DNA of 64,000 bases, from positions 1 to 64,000 of the forward strand of contig CAWGYD010000005.1 in assembly GCA_963826785.1 (NCBI GenBank). The letters are read 5' to 3'. The number at the start of each line of letters is the position of its first letter. Positions within the stretch are counted from its first letter, which is position 1. Made by a program: the position numbers and the translations under genes. The DNA comes from an uncultured delta proteobacterium. Lineage in GTDB: Bacteria > Desulfobacterota > Desulfobacteria > Desulfobacterales > Desulfosalsimonadaceae. Positions 60,076 through 64,000 of this stretch are shown piece by piece. The notes beneath the pieces were generated by a model. It ran no database searches. It was given only the letters and a program-made list of their open reading frames with translations, and was not told the origin of the DNA.

Positions 60076-60732
60076 ATGAAAGATAGATACTCAATTGTTG
60101 GGCCTTTTTATGACCTTATGTCAATCGTTTACAGCTTCAATCAAATAGACAGATGCAAAATCGCCATGCTTGACCGGATCAAGCCCGACAGCAAAGTTCT
60201 GTTCGCCGGCGTGGGGCACGGCATTGATGCAATAGCAGCCGCTGAACTCGGTGCAAAGGTGACGGTTGTTGATTTGTCGGCGACAATGCTGGAAAGATTC
60301 AACAAGAGAATCGGAAACAAAACATTTACAAATCCGATCCGGCAGCTTCATCAGAATATCCTTGAGACAGATGAATTCGAAACGTACGACATGGTGTTTG
60401 CTCACTTCTTTCTCAATGTGTTTTCAGAAAAAATGATGATCGAAGTTCTTGGCCACCTGACCAAGCTTGCGAAGAAGGAAGGATTCGTAGTGGTGGGTGA
60501 TTTCACACCACCCAAAGGGAATTGGATCGCCAGATTTTTTCAAATTCTTTACTGGCGCATGGCGGATCTGTTTTTCTGGATGGCCACTAAAAATGCACTT
60601 CACCCCGTATATGATTATCAAAAGCACATGCAGGATCTCGGTCTCAAAATAAAAACCGTAAAATATTTCAGAATGCTTTTTGATGAACGGTACTATTCCA
60701 TACTGGGACAGAAAGCGCCACTCACTCAATAA
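60076..60732 (+). CDS. Class I SAM-dependent methyltransferase
   Basis: VLFAGVGHG, VVDLS, YDMVFAHFFLNVF, VVGDF; start ATG 60076 (upstream extension is MITE-derived). Confidence 0.87.
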   Translation: MKDRYSIVGPFYDLMSIVYSFNQIDRCKIAMLDRIKPDSKVLFAGVGHGIDAIAAAELGAKVTVVDLSATMLERFNKRIGNKTFTNPIRQLHQNILETDEFETYDMVFAHFFLNVFSEKMMIEVLGHLTKLAKKEGFVVVGDFTPPKGNWIARFFQILYWRMADLFFWMATKNALHPVYDYQKHMQDLGLKIKTVKYFRMLFDERYYSILGQKAPLTQ

Positions 60733-60768
60733 AAGATTATCAACGATACTGATATCGCTCATAAGACA

Positions 60769-61761
60769 ATGATATTACTACTTCCCACGTCAAAAAGCAC
60801 CAGCCGGTTCTCTCTTGAAGAGAGAATGTCATACCTTAAGGAATACGGCAGTCACTGCATGGCTTTTTCATTGCTTCAGCCGGGAATAGGATACTTTGAT
60901 GTTCCGGGAAAAGGATTTATCGCATATGAGGAAAAATGGGGTCGGCGGGCGGTATTAGCCGAACCGGTGTGTCATAAAAGCGATCAGCAAACACTCCTTG
61001 GCGAATTCCTGAAAAAGGGCGCACCTGCGGGGTTTGCCCAGGTATCTGAACCCGTTGCCCGACTCCTGCATGAGGAATTTGGTTTTTTTGCGACTCAATT
61101 CGGTATTGAATCGATCATCGATTTGCAAAACTGGGACCTCAAGGGCAAAAAAAAGCAGATCCTGCGGACATCGGTTAATCAAGCCAGGAAAAAGGGAATA
61201 TCCATCCAGGAAAATTATGATGAAAAAAGACACCATCAACTTACAGGGGAATGGCGTCAGACAAGGAAAGTGAAAAGCAGAGAAATCAGATTCCTCATCA
61301 GACCCATGAAGATGGATTGCGAGGATTCAACGAGAAAATTTTTCGCTTATCAGGGCGATGAACTCATTGGACTGATATTCTTCGATCCGGTCTACTCAAA
61401 CGGTAAAATTATCAGCTATGTTCCAAATATATCAAGATTCAGCCCGTTATTCAGGCAGGGGATCTTCTATACCATCATGATTCACGCCATGGATATTTTC
61501 AAAAAGGAAGGGGTCGAGCAGATACATCTGGGGCTTTCCGCATTTGCAGTTGATGACGCGAATCAGTATTATGAAACGGTGATACCCAAAAAACTGGTCC
61601 GGTTTTTATATGAATATGGCAATGGGATTTACAGTTTTAAAGGCATTCATTTTACAAAATCGCGATTCAGTGGAAAAGAGTACCCGACGTTTTGTTCTCA
61701 TAAAGGCAAATTCCCGGTCAGGGAAATTATCACCCTGTTTAAAATTTCAAACTTTTTTTAG
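60769..61761 (+). CDS. Standalone DUF2156 / aminoacyl-phosphatidylglycerol-synthase C-terminal-like domain protein
   Basis: AEPVC, QFGIESIIDL..WDLKGKKKQILRTSVNQA, IHLGLS, YSFKGIHFTKSRF; no membrane domain. Confidence 0.75.
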   Translation: MILLLPTSKSTSRFSLEERMSYLKEYGSHCMAFSLLQPGIGYFDVPGKGFIAYEEKWGRRAVLAEPVCHKSDQQTLLGEFLKKGAPAGFAQVSEPVARLLHEEFGFFATQFGIESIIDLQNWDLKGKKKQILRTSVNQARKKGISIQENYDEKRHHQLTGEWRQTRKVKSREIRFLIRPMKMDCEDSTRKFFAYQGDELIGLIFFDPVYSNGKIISYVPNISRFSPLFRQGIFYTIMIHAMDIFKKEGVEQIHLGLSAFAVDDANQYYETVIPKKLVRFLYEYGNGIYSFKGIHFTKSRFSGKEYPTFCSHKGKFPVREIITLFKISNFF

Positions 61762-61797
61762 CGGCCATTCATGAGCCTTAATTTCAGGAGATAGATT

Positions 61798-63339
61798 ATG
61801 GACATACCGTCAGTATTTCTTAAAAAACTTTACGCCTCCGGAAGCCTCGCAAACGACGAAAAAGGCATTCGCTTCAGCCTTACCAATCCCCTTGGCGACG
61901 CGACCCTGACGGGAATGACGAAGGTTGAAATCGACGGAAAAGAGATGCCGCTTGATAAAGTTGTGGCAAACGTTGAAGGGCGGCCGGTGAAGGCATCGGA
62001 GGTGGATAAAGACAATCCCATCCAGTTCCGACTCGGTCAGACAGTCGACATCCATGTCCAGGCGGATCCGCTTGAAACGGGGAAAGCCTATTGCCTGCGG
62101 TTTGCTTTTGAAACAGCACCGTTCGGCCCCTTGAAGTTTGACGTTGATGATACCATTGTCGAAGACGGTGGCGTCCAGGTAAAGATACCGCACGACAGGG
62201 CGCATAACTACGATCCTGACATTATCGAAAAGCGGCAGACATTCATTGAATCTTACACCGGTGTAAAACTTCAGCATATTAACAAATACTCATTCGACCC
62301 GAAATTGACCCAGGGGAATATTGAAAACTTTACGGGGGTTGCCCAGATTCCGATCGGGCTTGCCGGACCTTTGAAAGTGAACGGCGAGCATGCCAGCGGC
62401 GAATTTCTGATTCCGCTGGCCACCACGGAAGGCACACTGGTCGCCTCCTACAACCGCGGCATAAAGATGATCAACTTGAGCGGCGGTATTACCACCACCA
62501 TATTGGATGATATGATGCAGCGGGCGCCGGTTTTCTGCTTTGACTCCGCCCGCAGGGCACTTGCCTTTTCCAAATGGATCGATGAAAATATAGAAGAAAT
62601 CAGAAAACAGGCCGAAGCAACCTCCAATGTGGCCAAACTCATCGACATTCAAAAATTCCTTACCAGCAAGTTTGTTAACTTGCGCTTCAACTATGCCACC
62701 GGAGATGCGGCCGGGCAGAACATGGTGACGTCCGCCACGTTTGCGGCCTGCACCTGGATTGCGGATCATTTTGACGGTATCCGGCGCTATTACATGGATG
62801 GCAATATGACCACGGATAAAAAGACATCCATGATCAATACCATGCATACGCGCGGCAAGCGTGTCGCAGCTGAATTGATCCTCAAACGGGATCTGCTGAT
62901 CGAGCACCTGAGAACTGATCCTGAAGCCTGTGAATATTATCTGAAGGTTGCAAGTCTCGGCACATTCATGGCCGGCGGCACCAGCAACGGCGTTCAAAGT
63001 GCAAATGCCATTGCTGCGCTTTTCATGGCGACCGGGCAGGATGTGGCGAATGTGGTGGAATCTTCAACCGGTATGGTCCATATGGAAATTACACCGGAAG
63101 GAGATCTTTATGCCTCGCTGACCATCCCTTCGCTGATCGTCGGTACTTACGGCGGCGGCACCGGACTCCCCACCCAACGAGAATGCCTTGAAATTTTAGG
63201 ATGTTATGGCAAAGGAAAGGTTCTCAAGTTCGCCGAAATTGCTGCCGCCGTTGCAGCGGCCGGAGAAATATCACTCGGCGCAGCGGTATCTTCTCTTGAA
63301 TGGGTATCGGCCCATGAAAAATACGGGAGAAACCGCTGA
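61798..63339 (+). CDS. Class I HMG-CoA reductase-like protein with an extra ~120-aa N-terminal domain
   Basis: ENFTG, PLATTEGTLVAS, DAAGQNM, TDKK, GQDVANVVES, AGEISL, C-terminal His. Confidence 0.88.
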   Translation: MDIPSVFLKKLYASGSLANDEKGIRFSLTNPLGDATLTGMTKVEIDGKEMPLDKVVANVEGRPVKASEVDKDNPIQFRLGQTVDIHVQADPLETGKAYCLRFAFETAPFGPLKFDVDDTIVEDGGVQVKIPHDRAHNYDPDIIEKRQTFIESYTGVKLQHINKYSFDPKLTQGNIENFTGVAQIPIGLAGPLKVNGEHASGEFLIPLATTEGTLVASYNRGIKMINLSGGITTTILDDMMQRAPVFCFDSARRALAFSKWIDENIEEIRKQAEATSNVAKLIDIQKFLTSKFVNLRFNYATGDAAGQNMVTSATFAACTWIADHFDGIRRYYMDGNMTTDKKTSMINTMHTRGKRVAAELILKRDLLIEHLRTDPEACEYYLKVASLGTFMAGGTSNGVQSANAIAALFMATGQDVANVVESSTGMVHMEITPEGDLYASLTIPSLIVGTYGGGTGLPTQRECLEILGCYGKGKVLKFAEIAAAVAAAGEISLGAAVSSLEWVSAHEKYGRNR

Positions 63340-63423
63340 TGAAAACCGCTCATTTTATATAATTTCGTTTTTGTGCAACAGGCCGAAGCATCCTGCCACT
63401 GAACCTTTGAGGAAGTTGAATTC

Positions 63424-64000
63424 ATGCAGCGTCAGTCCCTGGCTTCTATCGGTTTCTGGAATCCGACATCATCTTACCCTGCATTTTCAAGAAAAGATCT
63501 GCTGTCGGTAATTCCACTGGTGCGCGAACCGGTTCACGTCGTTCAGGATGAATCAAACGGGCGACTCGGGCTGTCATTGGCGGGAGAGGTTTTTCAGACA
63601 ACCGGTGCGCGAAATACCCATTATCGACTGATGGCATCCCTTCCCGCACTCTATCCGGAATGGCTGGGCGACAGGTCATTTAACGAGGTGCACGGCGTCC
63701 GGTTCCCCTATGTTGCCGGTGCCATGTTTCGGGGTATCGCATCCGCCGAAATGGTCATTGCAATGGCAAAAACAGGAATGATCGGTTTTTTCGGCGCTGC
63801 CGGGCTATGCATCGATGATATTGAAAAAGCCATCCAAAAAATCAAATCCGCCATCGGCCACGCGGGATTGCCCTGGGGCAGCAATTTGATCTATTCACCC
63901 AATGACCCTGAACTGTCGGAAAGGGTGGTTGATCTTTACCTTCGGGAAGGGGTGAATCGCATATCCGCCTCTGCATTTATGTCTCTTACGCCAAGCATCA
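63424..64000 (+). CDS. pfaD: PfaD-family enoyl reductase (partial, runs off the window)
   Basis: Manual translation from ATG 63424 (GAGGA RBS): LPALYPEWLGDRSFNEVHGVRFPYVAGAMFRGIAS..GFFGAAGL..WGSNLIYSPNDPELS..ISASAFMSLTP. Confidence 0.85.
   Translation, partial: MQRQSLASIGFWNPTSSYPAFSRKDLLSVIPLVREPVHVVQDESNGRLGLSLAGEVFQTTGARNTHYRLMASLPALYPEWLGDRSFNEVHGVRFPYVAGAMFRGIASAEMVIAMAKTGMIGFFGAAGLCIDDIEKAIQKIKSAIGHAGLPWGSNLIYSPNDPELSERVVDLYLREGVNRISASAFMSLTPSI

Noticed and set aside
63339..63362. pfaD starting at ATG 63339, coupled to the HMGR stop
   Set aside because: That frame stops after 7 codons; the PfaD frame opens at ATG 63424 with its own RBS.

Overview
Chromosomal window from a GC-rich bacterium whose gene content and order suggest a Desulfobacterota (Desulfobacterales-like) organism; this taxonomy is an inference. 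The backbone is coaBC, a udg-like gene, xerC-hslVU-argBDFGH, folK, a transaldolase, pgsA, tRNA-Gly and tRNA-Cys. It continues with glycerate kinase, two dynamin-superfamily GTPases around parA/tetR/recX, a Wsp/ACF-type chemosensory cluster with a REC-GGDEF output, and a cobalamin riboswitch with btuFCD. The right half carries YcaO-TPR, corA, a hydrolase/CoA-ligase/2-hydroxyacyl-CoA dehydratase cluster, a giant atypical GlmS-like protein and a PBP. It ends with the start of a methyltransferase-DUF2156-HMG-CoA-reductase-PfaD cluster. Four toxin-antitoxin pairs flank coaBC. The most striking signal is non-coding. A ~32-bp G/C-run palindromic repeat (ACACCCCCC..CCCCCCTCAAGGGGGGAAT and its reverse complement) occurs at about 13 intergenic loci, mostly as inverted doublets with locus-specific internal tandem arrays. 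Eleven of these loci lie in the first 21 kb, and two doublets bracket a DUF559 (Vsr-like) endonuclease gene inserted between hslV and hslU. This resembles a REPIN/RAYT arrangement with a different enzyme class. One repeat copy is interrupted by a 249-bp MITE carrying a second palindrome pair around a GIY-YIG nuclease remnant, and three more MITE-like families are present. Six genes show single-base frameshifts that look like sequencing errors. No CRISPR array, transposase or prophage was found.
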